NCBI GenBank assembly: GCA_029785085.1
Contig: JAFMAI010000003.1
Coordinates: 50,570 to 114,569 of the forward strand
Reading direction: 5' to 3'
Length of the DNA stretch: 64,000 bases
DNA from: Nitrososphaerota archaeon
GTDB lineage: Archaea; Thermoproteota; Nitrososphaeria; Nitrososphaerales; Gagatemarchaeaceae
Positions 27,623 to 37,029 of this stretch are shown piece after piece. Both the position numbers and the translations under genes were made by a program. Position 1 is the first letter of the stretch. Every line of letters begins with the position of its first letter. Under the pieces are notes generated by a model. That model was given only the letters and a program-made list of their open reading frames with translations, searched no databases and had not been told where the DNA came from.

Positions 27623-28975
27623 ATGCCGGCGCCTAGGAAGGTCTACATGATATCCGGCGGCGTGACCAAGTTCGCCAAGGCACACCCGGACATGGACTTC
27701 CGCCTGATGGTCAAGCGGGCCTTCGACTACGCCATGAAGGACATCCCCGAACTCAGGACGTCGGACATCGAAAGCAGCAGGATTTCTTACTTCTCGGACC
27801 ACTTCGCACGGCAGTTGAAAGCCGCCTCGATGGTCCAAGACTATCTTGGCCTCAACCCGAAGGATTCGCGGAGGATCGAGTGGGGAGGAGCCACCGGCGG
27901 GCAGGCGATCCAGGCGGGGTGGGAGACGGTCGCCAGCGGGAGGAACGAGGTCTGCCTGGTCGCAGGCTTCGAGACAATGTCGCACGTCGAAACCTGGAAG
28001 GGGAACGAGTTCATCGCCCTCGCCTCAGACACCAACTTCGACTACCCTGTGGGAGGGTTCTACACCGGCTACTATGCGCTCATGGTCCAGCGGCACATCT
28101 ACGAGTACCTGAGGAAGACGAAGTTCGCCCACGTCAAGGACGAGAAGAAGGCGCAGAGGGAGGCCACCCAAGAGGCGAAGAGAATCATGGCCATGGTCTC
28201 CGTGAAGAACCACGTCAACGCGGAGCACAACCCGTACTCCCAGTATCCTGAGAAGCTGACGATGAAGGAAGCCCTCGGGAGGGAGATGGTGGCCTATCCG
28301 CTGAACAGGCCAATGATATGCACCATGAGCGACGGAGCCGCGGTGGCCATACTAGCCTCCGAGGACGTCGCTTTCAAGTACACAGACCACCCCGTGCTGA
28401 TCAAGGGGGTCGGGTGCGGGACAGACACCATGAGGCTGGCAGACAGGCCCCACGGGAGCGTGCCGCTCTTCCCATGGGAAGAGGCTGGATACTACTCCGA
28501 CCTGAGGTATCCCGGCGTCCATTCTTTCCGCGCAGGGAGGGCCGCGGCACTCGAGGCGTACAAGAACTCAGGCATAAGGGACCCGAAGAAGGAGCTGGAC
28601 TTCGTCGAGCTCCACGACGCCTACGCGAGCTCAGAGATACAGACGTACGAGGACATCGGCCTGTGCAGGTACGGGGAAGGATACGAGTTCGTGGACCAGG
28701 GCCACCCGTTCCTCGAGGACATAGACTATGGGCTGGACCTCCCCCACAGGGGGACCATACCAGTCAACCCCTCTGGAGGGCTGATCGCCTGCGGGCACCC
28801 GGTGGGGGCGACCGGGATAATGCAGGGGGTCTTCGCGTTCTGGCAGCTTCAGGGAAGCATACGCAAGCACTTCGGGAACGACAAGCTCCAGATTAGAGGC
28901 GCGAAGCGCGGGCTGATTCACTCCCACGCTGGGACCGGGAGCTCGGTGACCGTCACGATCATGGAGAGGGCCTAG
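27623..28975 (+). CDS. thiolase-fold protein (archaeal SCP-x-type acetyl-CoA acetyltransferase)
   Basis: 450 aa with a thiolase C-terminal signature NPSGGLIACGHPVGATGI. Followed after 1 nt by a DUF35 gene. Confidence 0.8.
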   Translation: MPAPRKVYMISGGVTKFAKAHPDMDFRLMVKRAFDYAMKDIPELRTSDIESSRISYFSDHFARQLKAASMVQDYLGLNPKDSRRIEWGGATGGQAIQAGWETVASGRNEVCLVAGFETMSHVETWKGNEFIALASDTNFDYPVGGFYTGYYALMVQRHIYEYLRKTKFAHVKDEKKAQREATQEAKRIMAMVSVKNHVNAEHNPYSQYPEKLTMKEALGREMVAYPLNRPMICTMSDGAAVAILASEDVAFKYTDHPVLIKGVGCGTDTMRLADRPHGSVPLFPWEEAGYYSDLRYPGVHSFRAGRAAALEAYKNSGIRDPKKELDFVELHDAYASSEIQTYEDIGLCRYGEGYEFVDQGHPFLEDIDYGLDLPHRGTIPVNPSGGLIACGHPVGATGIMQGVFAFWQLQGSIRKHFGNDKLQIRGAKRGLIHSHAGTGSSVTVTIMERA

Positions 28976-28976
28976 C

Positions 28977-29510
28977 TTGGCCCAGCCGAGGAAGTTCACG
29001 AAGTTCAGGGACGTGATGAAAGAGGTCAACACCAAGGGCGCTGCCCTCTACAAGAACCCTGCGGGGACCGAGGACCTCGTCATACTCTCCCCCTACGCCA
29101 TCAACTACATCCACAGCTACGCGGAGGACTCGCCATTCTTCCTCGGGCTGGCGAAAGGGAAGATCCTGGGGAGCGAGTGCAAGAGCTGCCACTACAGGTA
29201 TGCCACGCCGCGGAGCCACTGCATGGCCTGCGGGGCCGAGACGGAGTGGTTCGCCCTCCCGAAGGAGGGGCGGGTACACTCCTGGACGACCTGCTACTAC
29301 GGAGGGGAAGAGTTCCTGAAGGAGACCCCATTCAACCTGGCGCTGGTCGAGTTCGACGGTGTGGACACGCTCCTCCTGACGAGGCTGAAAGATGCCAAGG
29401 AGGCAGACATATTCATCGGGATGAAGGTGAAGGCTGTGTTCCGCCACCCCCCGCGGTATCTCATCTCCGACGTGCACTTCGTGCCCTCGGAGAAGCCAAG
29501 GAAGAAGTGA
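28977..29510 (+). CDS. DUF35 OB-fold/zinc-ribbon protein (thiolase partner)
   Basis: 177 aa. Zn ribbon CKSCHYRY...CMACGAE followed by an OB-fold region. Confidence 0.8.
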   Translation: MAQPRKFTKFRDVMKEVNTKGAALYKNPAGTEDLVILSPYAINYIHSYAEDSPFFLGLAKGKILGSECKSCHYRYATPRSHCMACGAETEWFALPKEGRVHSWTTCYYGGEEFLKETPFNLALVEFDGVDTLLLTRLKDAKEADIFIGMKVKAVFRHPPRYLISDVHFVPSEKPRKK

Positions 29511-29519
29511 ACCCGACCC

Positions 29520-30434
29520 CTAGGGGCTGACAGGGGTCAGCCACTTCGAGTAGCGTCTGACCTTCCCGTGGATGGTCTGCTCGTAGAGCTTCGCCAGTCT
29601 GTCCGTGATCGGGGTCCCGTTGTCTCCGATCTGCCTGCCGTCAATCTCGCTCACCCTGGCGATTCCGGCCGCGGTGCCGCTGAAGAAGACCTCGTCGGAG
29701 GTGTAGAGCTCCTCCTTGGTGGCGTCGTTCCTGTAGAAGGTGATCTTCTCGTCGCGGGCGAACTGGATGACTGTGTCTCGGGTTATCCCCCGCAGTATCC
29801 CTGAGCTGGCGGGAGGGGTGCTGAGGATGCCGTCCTTGACCCGGAATATGTTCTCCCCCGGTCCCTCGGCCACCATGCCATTGACGTTCAGGAGAATCGC
29901 CTCGTCGTACCCCGCCGCCACGGCCTGCATCTTGGCCAGGGCCGAGTTGGCGTAGTTGGCCGCGCACTTCGCCTGCACCGGCATCGCCCTCGAGTCGATC
30001 CTGACCCAGTTGGTGATGGTCGCCCTCACCCCCTTCTTTGAGGCGTCGCCGAGGTAGGCCCCCCACTCCCAGGATGCGATCGCCACTGATATCTTGCTGG
30101 TAAGCGGGTTGAGGCCCATCTCCCCGTAGCCCGTGTACGCTATGGGACGGAGGTAGCACTCCTCCGCCGGGTTGTTCCTGACGAGGTCCACGCAGGCCTG
30201 GGCTATCTCCTTCGCCGAGAAGCCCAGGTTCATCCGGTAGATCTTCGCGCTGTTCATGAGGCGCTCGATGTGTTCAGGGAGCCTGAAGATCGCGGTCCCG
30301 CTGGGTGTCTTGAACGCCCTGATACCTTCGAATATCGCCATGCCGTAGTGTAACCCGTGAGTGAGGACGTGTATCTTCGCGTCGTCCCAGGGGACAAGCT
30401 TCCCGTCCATCCAGATCTCCTTTTGCGGCTTCAT
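29520..30434 (-). CDS. ilvE: branched-chain amino acid aminotransferase
   Basis: Internal ATG at 30434 gives MKPQKEIWMDGKLVPWDDAKIHVLTHGLHYGMAIFEGIRAF, a class IV aminotransferase. The upstream 173 codons of the ORF are antisense to the thiolase gene. Confidence 0.9.
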   Translation of the reverse strand: MKPQKEIWMDGKLVPWDDAKIHVLTHGLHYGMAIFEGIRAFKTPSGTAIFRLPEHIERLMNSAKIYRMNLGFSAKEIAQACVDLVRNNPAEECYLRPIAYTGYGEMGLNPLTSKISVAIASWEWGAYLGDASKKGVRATITNWVRIDSRAMPVQAKCAANYANSALAKMQAVAAGYDEAILLNVNGMVAEGPGENIFRVKDGILSTPPASSGILRGITRDTVIQFARDEKITFYRNDATKEELYTSDEVFFSGTAAGIARVSEIDGRQIGDNGTPITDRLAKLYEQTIHGKVRRYSKWLTPVSP

Positions 30435-30519
30435 ACCTGAACTCGGCCCTGGGGATTCGGTATTTAGGGAAAGCGATTTCCGCTGACCGGTTCCGTTTAA
30501 AACGAAGTATTGACGAAGT

Positions 30520-31704
30520 ATGGCCATGGCCGAACCAGTCATACTGTCTGCCTGCAGGACCCCCATCGGGAAGTTCGGGAAGAGCTTGGTGGGGGTGGCG
30601 GCCACCAAGCTCGGGGCCCTGGTCATAGAAGAGGCGATGAGGAGGGCCAAAGTCGCCCCTGGGGAAGTCGACGAAGTGATTATGGGGAACGTCGTGTCGG
30701 CGGGCCTCGGCCAGAATCCTGCGAGGCAGGCCGCCGTGCACGCGGGGGTGCCTTTCGGCGTGGGTTCGTTCACGGTCAACAAAGTCTGCGGGTCCGGCCT
30801 GAAGGCAGTGATGCTGGCCGCGCAGTCGGTCAAAGCCGGGGACAACGAAGTCGTGGTCGCCGGGGGGATGGAGAACATGAGCAACGTCCCGTACCTCGCC
30901 AAGGGCGTCAGGTGGGGGACGAAGTTCGGGGACGCGCGCCTCCTCGACGGCATGATAGTGGACGGCCTTTGGGACGCCTATCATGACTACCACATGGGGG
31001 TCACGGGCGAAAACGTGGCCAGGAGGTTCCACATCTCGAGAGAGGAGGCGGACGAGTTCGCCTACTCCAGCCACATGAAGGCGGCCAAGGCCTCCGAAGA
31101 GGGCGCGTTCGATCTGGAGAAGGTGAAGGTGAGGGTCAAGCGCGAGGGAGGGGAGATCGCCGAGTTCTCGGTCGACGAATGCGTGAGAGAGGACACCACC
31201 CGGGAGAAGCTGGCCAGGCTCAAGCCGGTCTTCAAACCAGACGGCGTGCTGACCGCGGGGAACTCATCTCAGCTGAGCGACGGCGCCTCGGCCCTTGTCA
31301 TCGCGTCGCAGGAGGCCGCGGACAGGCTGGGAGCCAAACCGCTCGCGAAGGTCATAGGGTACGAGACCGGAGGGCTCGAGCCTGCGAGGGTCATGGAGGC
31401 GCCCATCCCTACGACGAAGGCGCTCCTCAGGAGGCTGAAGATGGACGTCGGCGACATCGACGTCTTCGAGCACAACGAGGCATATTCCACGGCGTCCATA
31501 GCCGTAAGGAGGGCCCTAGGCGTCGACCAGTCCAGGTTCAACGTCTGGGGCGGGGCCGTGGCGCTCGGGCACCCCATCGGGTGCAGCGGGGCGCGGGTGC
31601 TCACCACGCTGATCTACGGGCTGAAAAGGAAGGGCAGGAAGACAGGTCTTGCGACGCTCTGCCTGGGCGGCGGGAACGCTGTCTCTATGGTTGTGGAGGC
31701 TTGA
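30520..31704 (+). CDS. acetyl-CoA C-acetyltransferase (thiolase II)
   Basis: 394 aa with VNKVCGSGLKAV (active-site Cys), NEAYSTASI and GGAVALGHPIGCSGARV. Confidence 0.9.
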   Translation: MAMAEPVILSACRTPIGKFGKSLVGVAATKLGALVIEEAMRRAKVAPGEVDEVIMGNVVSAGLGQNPARQAAVHAGVPFGVGSFTVNKVCGSGLKAVMLAAQSVKAGDNEVVVAGGMENMSNVPYLAKGVRWGTKFGDARLLDGMIVDGLWDAYHDYHMGVTGENVARRFHISREEADEFAYSSHMKAAKASEEGAFDLEKVKVRVKREGGEIAEFSVDECVREDTTREKLARLKPVFKPDGVLTAGNSSQLSDGASALVIASQEAADRLGAKPLAKVIGYETGGLEPARVMEAPIPTTKALLRRLKMDVGDIDVFEHNEAYSTASIAVRRALGVDQSRFNVWGGAVALGHPIGCSGARVLTTLIYGLKRKGRKTGLATLCLGGGNAVSMVVEA

Positions 31705-33367
31705 GCTCCCTTAGCTTCCTGCGGAGGACCTTCCCTATCAGGGTCTTCGGCAGCTCCTGGACGAACTCCACCTCCTTGGGGACCTTGAACTTCGCGAGCC
31801 TCTCCTGACAGAACGCCGTGATCTCCTGGGCGGTGACCTTCTTGGCAGGGTCCTTCAGGACCACGAACGCCTTCACGGCCTCACCGCTGAAGTCGTCGGG
31901 GATTCCGACGACCCCGGCCTCCTTCACGTCGGGGTGCTCGAAGAGGACGTCCTCCACCTCTCTCGGGTACACCTTGAGCCCGCCCACGTTCACCATGTCC
32001 TTCTTCCTGTCCACGATGTAGAAGTAGCCTTCGGGGTCCATCTTGGCCACGTCGCCGGTGATGAACCATCCGTCCTTCAGGACGGCGTCTGTCTCCTCCT
32101 TCTGGTTCCAGTAGCCCTTCATGACCTGCGGCCCCTTCACGGCGAGCTCTCCGACCTCGCCCGCCTTGAGGACCTTGTCCCTGTCTGACAGGTCGACTAT
32201 CATGGCGTCCGTCTCGCTGAACGGGGGCCCGATGGACCCGTCCTTCACGACCCCGCCGCTCACGGGGTTGCAGTGCGTCACGGGGCTGGTCTCCGAGAGC
32301 CCGTACCCTTCGACGAGGTTCCCCCCGGTCAGCTCGATGAACTTCTTCCTGACAGCCGGTGGGAGGGCCGACCCGCCCGAGAGGCAGGCACGGACGGAGC
32401 GCAGGTTGAACTTGCTTGCTTCGGGCTTGCTGTTGATGGCCACGTACATGGCAGGCGCACCGGAGAAGATGGTCACCTTCTGGCTCTGGATGGTCTTCAT
32501 CACCTCGTCCACGTGGAAGCTGGGGAGCAGCACCATCGCCGCGCCCGCTGCCAGGGGGGCGTTCATGGTGACCGTGAGCCCGTAGATGTGGTAGAGCGGG
32601 AGGACGCAGAGAGAGATGTCGCGCCCTGTGATGGGGAAGAGGGAGACGCCGTACTCCGCGTTGGAGACGAGGTTGTAGTGGGTGAGCATAGCGCCCTTCG
32701 ACACCCCTGTGGTCCCCCCGGTGTACTGCAGGACTGCGACGTCGCTGACAGGGTCGACAGAAGCGTAGGTCGCGATGGGGGCGCTGGACCCGACAAGGTC
32801 CACGAAGTCGAGGGTGTCGCGCCGGGGGACATCCTTGATCCCGGCGAGGCCCGCGAGGCGCCTCTTCAGGCCCGGCAGGTAGTCCCCGAGCCCGGTGACT
32901 ACGACATGCCTGAGGCTGAGCCTCCCCCGGCACCCTTCGAGGCTGCTGAACAGATCCATCCCCCTGGCTACCGTCCGACTCGCAACGACTACCTCCGCAC
33001 CCGAGTCCCTCAGCTGGTGCTCCAGCTCCCTCTCCTTGTAGACCGGGTTGCACATGACGACGATCCCTCCGCACTTCAGGGTCCCGAAATAGGCGATGAC
33101 CAGCTGCGGGATGTTCGGGAGGAAGACAGCCACCCTGTCCCCTTTCTTTACGCCGAGCCCCACCAGCGCGGATGCGAACCTGGAAGAGAGCTCGTCCACC
33201 TCGGCGTACGTGAAGTCCCTTCCCTGGTAGTGGAGGCAACGATCCCTGGGATGCAGCTTTGCAGAGTCGGTCAGGAGCGCATAGAGCGGCCTGACCCGAG
33301 GCCGTGGGACAGAGTACCTGTTCCCGACCTGCGCCTTGAGCCATGGACGCTCGAGAGGCTCCGGCAT
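31685..33367 (-). CDS. long/medium-chain fatty-acid-CoA ligase (AMP-dependent synthetase)
   Basis: YTGGTTGVSKGAMLTH AMP motif and a C-terminal GDVAKMDPEGYFYIVDRKKD. The ATG at 33367 (MPEPLERPW) has a TATA-like box about 30 nt upstream. Confidence 0.85.
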   Translation of the reverse strand: MPEPLERPWLKAQVGNRYSVPRPRVRPLYALLTDSAKLHPRDRCLHYQGRDFTYAEVDELSSRFASALVGLGVKKGDRVAVFLPNIPQLVIAYFGTLKCGGIVVMCNPVYKERELEHQLRDSGAEVVVASRTVARGMDLFSSLEGCRGRLSLRHVVVTGLGDYLPGLKRRLAGLAGIKDVPRRDTLDFVDLVGSSAPIATYASVDPVSDVAVLQYTGGTTGVSKGAMLTHYNLVSNAEYGVSLFPITGRDISLCVLPLYHIYGLTVTMNAPLAAGAAMVLLPSFHVDEVMKTIQSQKVTIFSGAPAMYVAINSKPEASKFNLRSVRACLSGGSALPPAVRKKFIELTGGNLVEGYGLSETSPVTHCNPVSGGVVKDGSIGPPFSETDAMIVDLSDRDKVLKAGEVGELAVKGPQVMKGYWNQKEETDAVLKDGWFITGDVAKMDPEGYFYIVDRKKDMVNVGGLKVYPREVEDVLFEHPDVKEAGVVGIPDDFSGEAVKAFVVLKDPAKKVTAQEITAFCQERLAKFKVPKEVEFVQELPKTLIGKVLRRKLRELKPPQP

Positions 33368-33471
33368 AGGCCGCCAACGGCTCAATACACGCCTTAAGGA
33401 TATCCCCGAAGCGCCAGCGAGGCGGTCTAGGCTTAAGTATGGACAGCCAGGGCGATGAGTCGAGCCCGAAC

Positions 33472-34593
33472 ATGCCTCAGACAGAGGAGAAATATCTCGT
33501 CCTCTGCGTCGACAGGGACGACGACCTCGGATCAAAGGCCAGGGTCGAGTCTCCGGTGGTGGGAAGGAAGGCGGCGGTGGAGGCGGCGACCAAGCTGGCG
33601 CTCGCAGACCCCGAGGAGGCCGACGCCAACGCTATCTTCGCGGCGGTCAAGAAGTACGACGAGTTGGTCGAATCGAACACCCCCTGCGAGGTCGCGGTGG
33701 TGTGCGGCGACCCTGACAGAGGTTTCCAGGCCGACAGGAGGGTCGGGAGGCAGGTGAGGTCGATCGTCCAGGGCGGGTCCTACTCCGGTGTGGTGCTGGT
33801 GTCCGACGGAGGCGAGGACGAGCAGGTGATACCCGTAATCCAGAGCCAAAAGCCGATCGTTTCGGTGCACAGGGTGACGGTCAAGCACAGCCAGACGGTG
33901 GAGGAGACCTACGAGATCCTCGGCCGGTACCTTAGGATGCTGGTGTTCGACCCCCACTATTCGAAGTACGCGCTGGGGGTCCCTGGGCTCATCCTCGTCC
34001 TGGCAGGGATCCTTATAGTCGCCAACAGGACATTCGAGGCAGGGATCGCAGCCCTCCTCATCATAGGCGGGGCGTTCCTGGTCAGGGGGTTCAGCATAGA
34101 CAGGAACGTCACCGGCCTGCTTCACAGGGGCCCTACCGGCTTCCTCAGGTTCTTCTCTCTGGTGGCCGGGATAATCGTGGCCCTGGTGGGCATCCTCACA
34201 GGGTACGGCTCCATGCTCAGTGACACGGTGGCGGTCAAAGCCATATCAGCCAACCCGGCGAACATCCTGGTCTACGGAGGGGTGCTCGTGGGGAACTTCA
34301 TCGGAGGGAGCATAGACTTCGTGTGGGGAGGCATAGCCATCTACGCCGCCGGAGCCCTGCTGTCTCACCTTGCCAGGGGGAGCGCCCGCTGGAACAGGGA
34401 CGTCTTCGTCCTGGTGATGCTGGCCATACTGTATCTCCCGCTTCAGACGTTCTCAGCCTACCTCGTGAGCGGAAACGCCCAGTCGATCTTCCTGCTGGTC
34501 TCCGCTGTCCTCGTGGGCCTGGCTGCAATCTTCGCGCTCACCACAGCCATTTATCCGCGGGTCCGGGTCAGGGGCCCTGCGGAAAACGAATAG
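33472..34593 (+). CDS. DUF373-family archaeal membrane protein
   Basis: Soluble N-domain YLVLCVDRDDDLG... followed by about 6 TM segments. The ORF track starts at 33439, but the TATA-like gcttaagta abuts that ATG, so 33472 is preferred. Confidence 0.6.
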   Translation: MPQTEEKYLVLCVDRDDDLGSKARVESPVVGRKAAVEAATKLALADPEEADANAIFAAVKKYDELVESNTPCEVAVVCGDPDRGFQADRRVGRQVRSIVQGGSYSGVVLVSDGGEDEQVIPVIQSQKPIVSVHRVTVKHSQTVEETYEILGRYLRMLVFDPHYSKYALGVPGLILVLAGILIVANRTFEAGIAALLIIGGAFLVRGFSIDRNVTGLLHRGPTGFLRFFSLVAGIIVALVGILTGYGSMLSDTVAVKAISANPANILVYGGVLVGNFIGGSIDFVWGGIAIYAAGALLSHLARGSARWNRDVFVLVMLAILYLPLQTFSAYLVSGNAQSIFLLVSAVLVGLAAIFALTTAIYPRVRVRGPAENE

Positions 34594-34596
34594 CAC

Positions 34597-35379
34597 ATGT
34601 TAGAGTCAGCGCTGAGGTACCTGGGCGCATACAAGGTCTACGAGGGGAGGCTGAAGGCCCAGGTCGAAGGGGACGAGATACCGGGACACGTAGGCATCAT
34701 CCTGGACGGGAACAGGCGCTGGGCTCAGATTCAGGGGATATCCAACGGGCTAGGCCACGAGGAAGGGGCGAACAGGGCGGAGGAGCTCCTTGACTGGTGC
34801 CACGACCTGGGGATCAAGACAGTCACGCTGTATGTGCTGTCCACGGAGAACCTGGACAGGACCCCGAAGGAGCTGGCTGCCCTGTTCCGCCTCATCGAGG
34901 CGAGGCTCAACAGGCTGCTCAGCGACGCTAGGATATCGAAGTACAAGGTCAACGTCAGGGCCATCGGGCACCTTGACCTCCTCCCCCAGTCGATCGTCGA
35001 CCTCCTTCGGGCCATCGAGAGAAAGACGGAAGGTTACAGCGACCACTACCTCAACATCGCAGTCGCCTATGGAGGACGCGCGGAGATCACCGACGTTGTA
35101 CGGTCCGTCGCCCAGGACGTGAAGAGCGGGAAGCTGAGCCCGGAGGCCATAACCGAAGACACCGTCTCGAGGAGGCTCTACACGGCCTATCTCCCCAACC
35201 AAGAGCCGGACCTCATAATCAGGACGTCGGGGGAAGAGAGGACGAGCGGGTTCCTCCTCTGGCAGGGCGCCTACTCGGAGTTGGTGTTCGTGGACGTCTT
35301 CTGGCCTGCCTTCCGGTACATCGACCTGCTCAGGGCCATCAGGACCTACCAGAAGCGGAGACGAAGGTATGGCCGATAA
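34597..35379 (+). CDS. uppS: cis-prenyltransferase (undecaprenyl/tritrans,polycis-diphosphate synthase)
   Basis: HVGIILDGNRRWA, the IRTSGEERTSGFLLWQ motif, 260 aa. Confidence 0.9.
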   Translation: MLESALRYLGAYKVYEGRLKAQVEGDEIPGHVGIILDGNRRWAQIQGISNGLGHEEGANRAEELLDWCHDLGIKTVTLYVLSTENLDRTPKELAALFRLIEARLNRLLSDARISKYKVNVRAIGHLDLLPQSIVDLLRAIERKTEGYSDHYLNIAVAYGGRAEITDVVRSVAQDVKSGKLSPEAITEDTVSRRLYTAYLPNQEPDLIIRTSGEERTSGFLLWQGAYSELVFVDVFWPAFRYIDLLRAIRTYQKRRRRYGR

Positions 35380-35417
35380 GAAAACATATAGCATGACCTG
35401 GTGAGAGGGAGCCCAAG

Positions 35418-35873
35418 TTGAAGGTAACCCTCGGTACGCTCAAGGGCAAGGGGGATGAGCTGGCGGCGTTCCTGGAGCCGCGGGTCGGCACCAAACCTTC
35501 TGTCTCTGGCGACTCCATGGAGATAGAGGACGAGGGCCTCAGGGACGGAGTGAAGCCCAGGGACGTGAAGACCTACATCAAGCGTTTCCTGTTCATGAAC
35601 GGGGTCAGAAAGAAGTACAGGGTGTTCGTCGCTGGGAAAGAACTCACGATTCAAGAGATAGTGCTGGGAGAAGAGTCTGAAGAGGAGAAGGAGAAGAAGA
35701 CGCCGAAGGAACCCGAAGCCGTCGAGGATACACCGAAGGCCCCGGAGGCCGAGCCCAAGGAGGAAGAAGCGAAGGCCCCCGAGTCTGAGAAGCCCGAAGG
35801 CTCTGGAGAGAAGCCGAAGAAGGCAGCCCCCAAGAAGCCTAGGGCAAGGAAGAAGAAGTCAGAAGAGCCCTAG
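35418..35873 (+). CDS. small basic/acidic-tailed protein, possible ribosomal protein L22e-like fold
   Basis: 151 aa, TTG start about 26 nt after a TATA-like box. The N-terminal 85 aa align by eye to the eukaryotic L22e pattern (KVTL...FLEPRV...KTYIKRFLFMNGVRKKYRVFVAGKELTIQEI), followed by an E/K/P-rich tail. The call is weak. Confidence 0.35.
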   Translation: MKVTLGTLKGKGDELAAFLEPRVGTKPSVSGDSMEIEDEGLRDGVKPRDVKTYIKRFLFMNGVRKKYRVFVAGKELTIQEIVLGEESEEEKEKKTPKEPEAVEDTPKAPEAEPKEEEAKAPESEKPEGSGEKPKKAAPKKPRARKKKSEEP

Positions 35874-36133
35874 GCAGGCCTAGGTCTCCGCGCCCGCTTC
35901 AGCCGCTTGGCCCTGAGTAGGGCCCTCAGATAGTTCCTTGATTCGCGTAGCCCTTTCAACGACTGGCGGAAGTCGCCGAGGGAGAAGTCGCCTGACCCCT
36001 TCCTGAGGCTGCTCAGGGCGAACTTGAGCGCCTGCCTCTCGTCGGGTACGGCGTACTGCTTCAGCTCGACGAAGCGGCCAGGGTTCTCCTCGTCTAGGTC
36101 GAGCCTGATGAAGCCGATGCTCTTCTCCACCAT
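35870..36133 (-). CDS. hypothetical helical protein (frame stays open and coding-like up to 36316)
   Basis: 87 aa from the ATG. The same frame upstream reads LDAFLRREPVSTLSEWREETAKDLADAASRLEAALASISGEPSEEQIRSVWIAYL, with no ATG, GTG or TTG. Confidence 0.4.
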   Translation of the reverse strand: MVEKSIGFIRLDLDEENPGRFVELKQYAVPDERQALKFALSSLRKGSGDFSLGDFRQSLKGLRESRNYLRALLRAKRLKRARRPRPA

Positions 36134-36351
36134 CAGGTAGGCGATCCAGACAGATCGGATCTGCTCTTCGGAAGGCTCCCCCGATATGGAAGCCAGGGCC
36201 GCCTCCAGCCTCGAGGCTGCGTCTGCGAGGTCTTTGGCAGTCTCCTCCCTCCACTCGCTCAGGGTCGAAACGGGCTCCCTCCGCAGGAACGCATCAAGGG
36301 TTGCTTCCTCTTCCGATTATTTATAACCAAGACAGGGGCGGCCGGCGATGG

Positions 36352-37029
36352 TTGCCGAAGAAGGAAGACCAGAGGATCGGAGGCGCATGCTACATCGGCC
36401 TGGACTCCCTGCTCGACCTCGGGAGACTATCCTGCGCGCTCGAGAGGGCCCCGTTCCCCCTCTTCGCGTTCAAGCAGGGGAAGGCGACGAGGATCGCCGC
36501 CCAGGCGGACCTGTTCATGGGGACCCCTATCTTCTACTACTTCGACAACGGGACAGTCGACGAGTTTCTCGCATACAGGATAACCGGGGAGGGCGAGGAG
36601 GTGCAGTTCGTGAGCTCGGCCAGCAACGCGTCGTACCTCTACGCGCCAGTGATAAGGGTCCAGAAGATGCCCAAGCCCCTGGAAGAGAAGAACGGATTCC
36701 AGGACAAGTTCATGTCCGTCGAGGTGGAGAACGTGCCGAGCCTCGTGAAAGTGGGCGCCTACAAGACCCTCTTCGAGGAGCCGCCTCTCCCTCTGTTCGC
36801 ATTCAGAGAAGGGAGCGGATGGATTCTCGGGACCTTCGCCCGCATCGACGACTATGAAGAGGCATCCATATTCTTCTACGCGCGGCTGAAGGATGAGCCC
36901 TCGGGGTTCCTGAAGTACACCTACGACAGGATAACTGAGACCACCTACGTCAAGCGCACGGACGAGCCTGGGTTCCACTACATCAAGGTGGTGAAGCTCA
37001 TGGGGGGCCACCCTCTGGTGGAGTTCTGA
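36352..37029 (+). CDS. hypothetical protein with an internal two-fold duplication
   Basis: Two copies of a roughly 90-aa unit, each opening with ERAPFPLFAFKQG / EEPPLPLFAFREG and continuing to ..IFYY/IFFY. The TTG at 36352 follows the TATA-like gattatttataacc. The ORF track starts at 36301. Confidence 0.5.
   Translation: MPKKEDQRIGGACYIGLDSLLDLGRLSCALERAPFPLFAFKQGKATRIAAQADLFMGTPIFYYFDNGTVDEFLAYRITGEGEEVQFVSSASNASYLYAPVIRVQKMPKPLEEKNGFQDKFMSVEVENVPSLVKVGAYKTLFEEPPLPLFAFREGSGWILGTFARIDDYEEASIFFYARLKDEPSGFLKYTYDRITETTYVKRTDEPGFHYIKVVKLMGGHPLVEF

Noticed and set aside
31881-33473. A 530-aa minus-strand ORF and a 374-aa plus-strand ORF (32273..33397) across the acyl-CoA ligase gene.
   Set aside because: These are off-frame or antisense shadows of the AMP-dependent ligase. 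Their composition is typical of GC-rich alternative frames.
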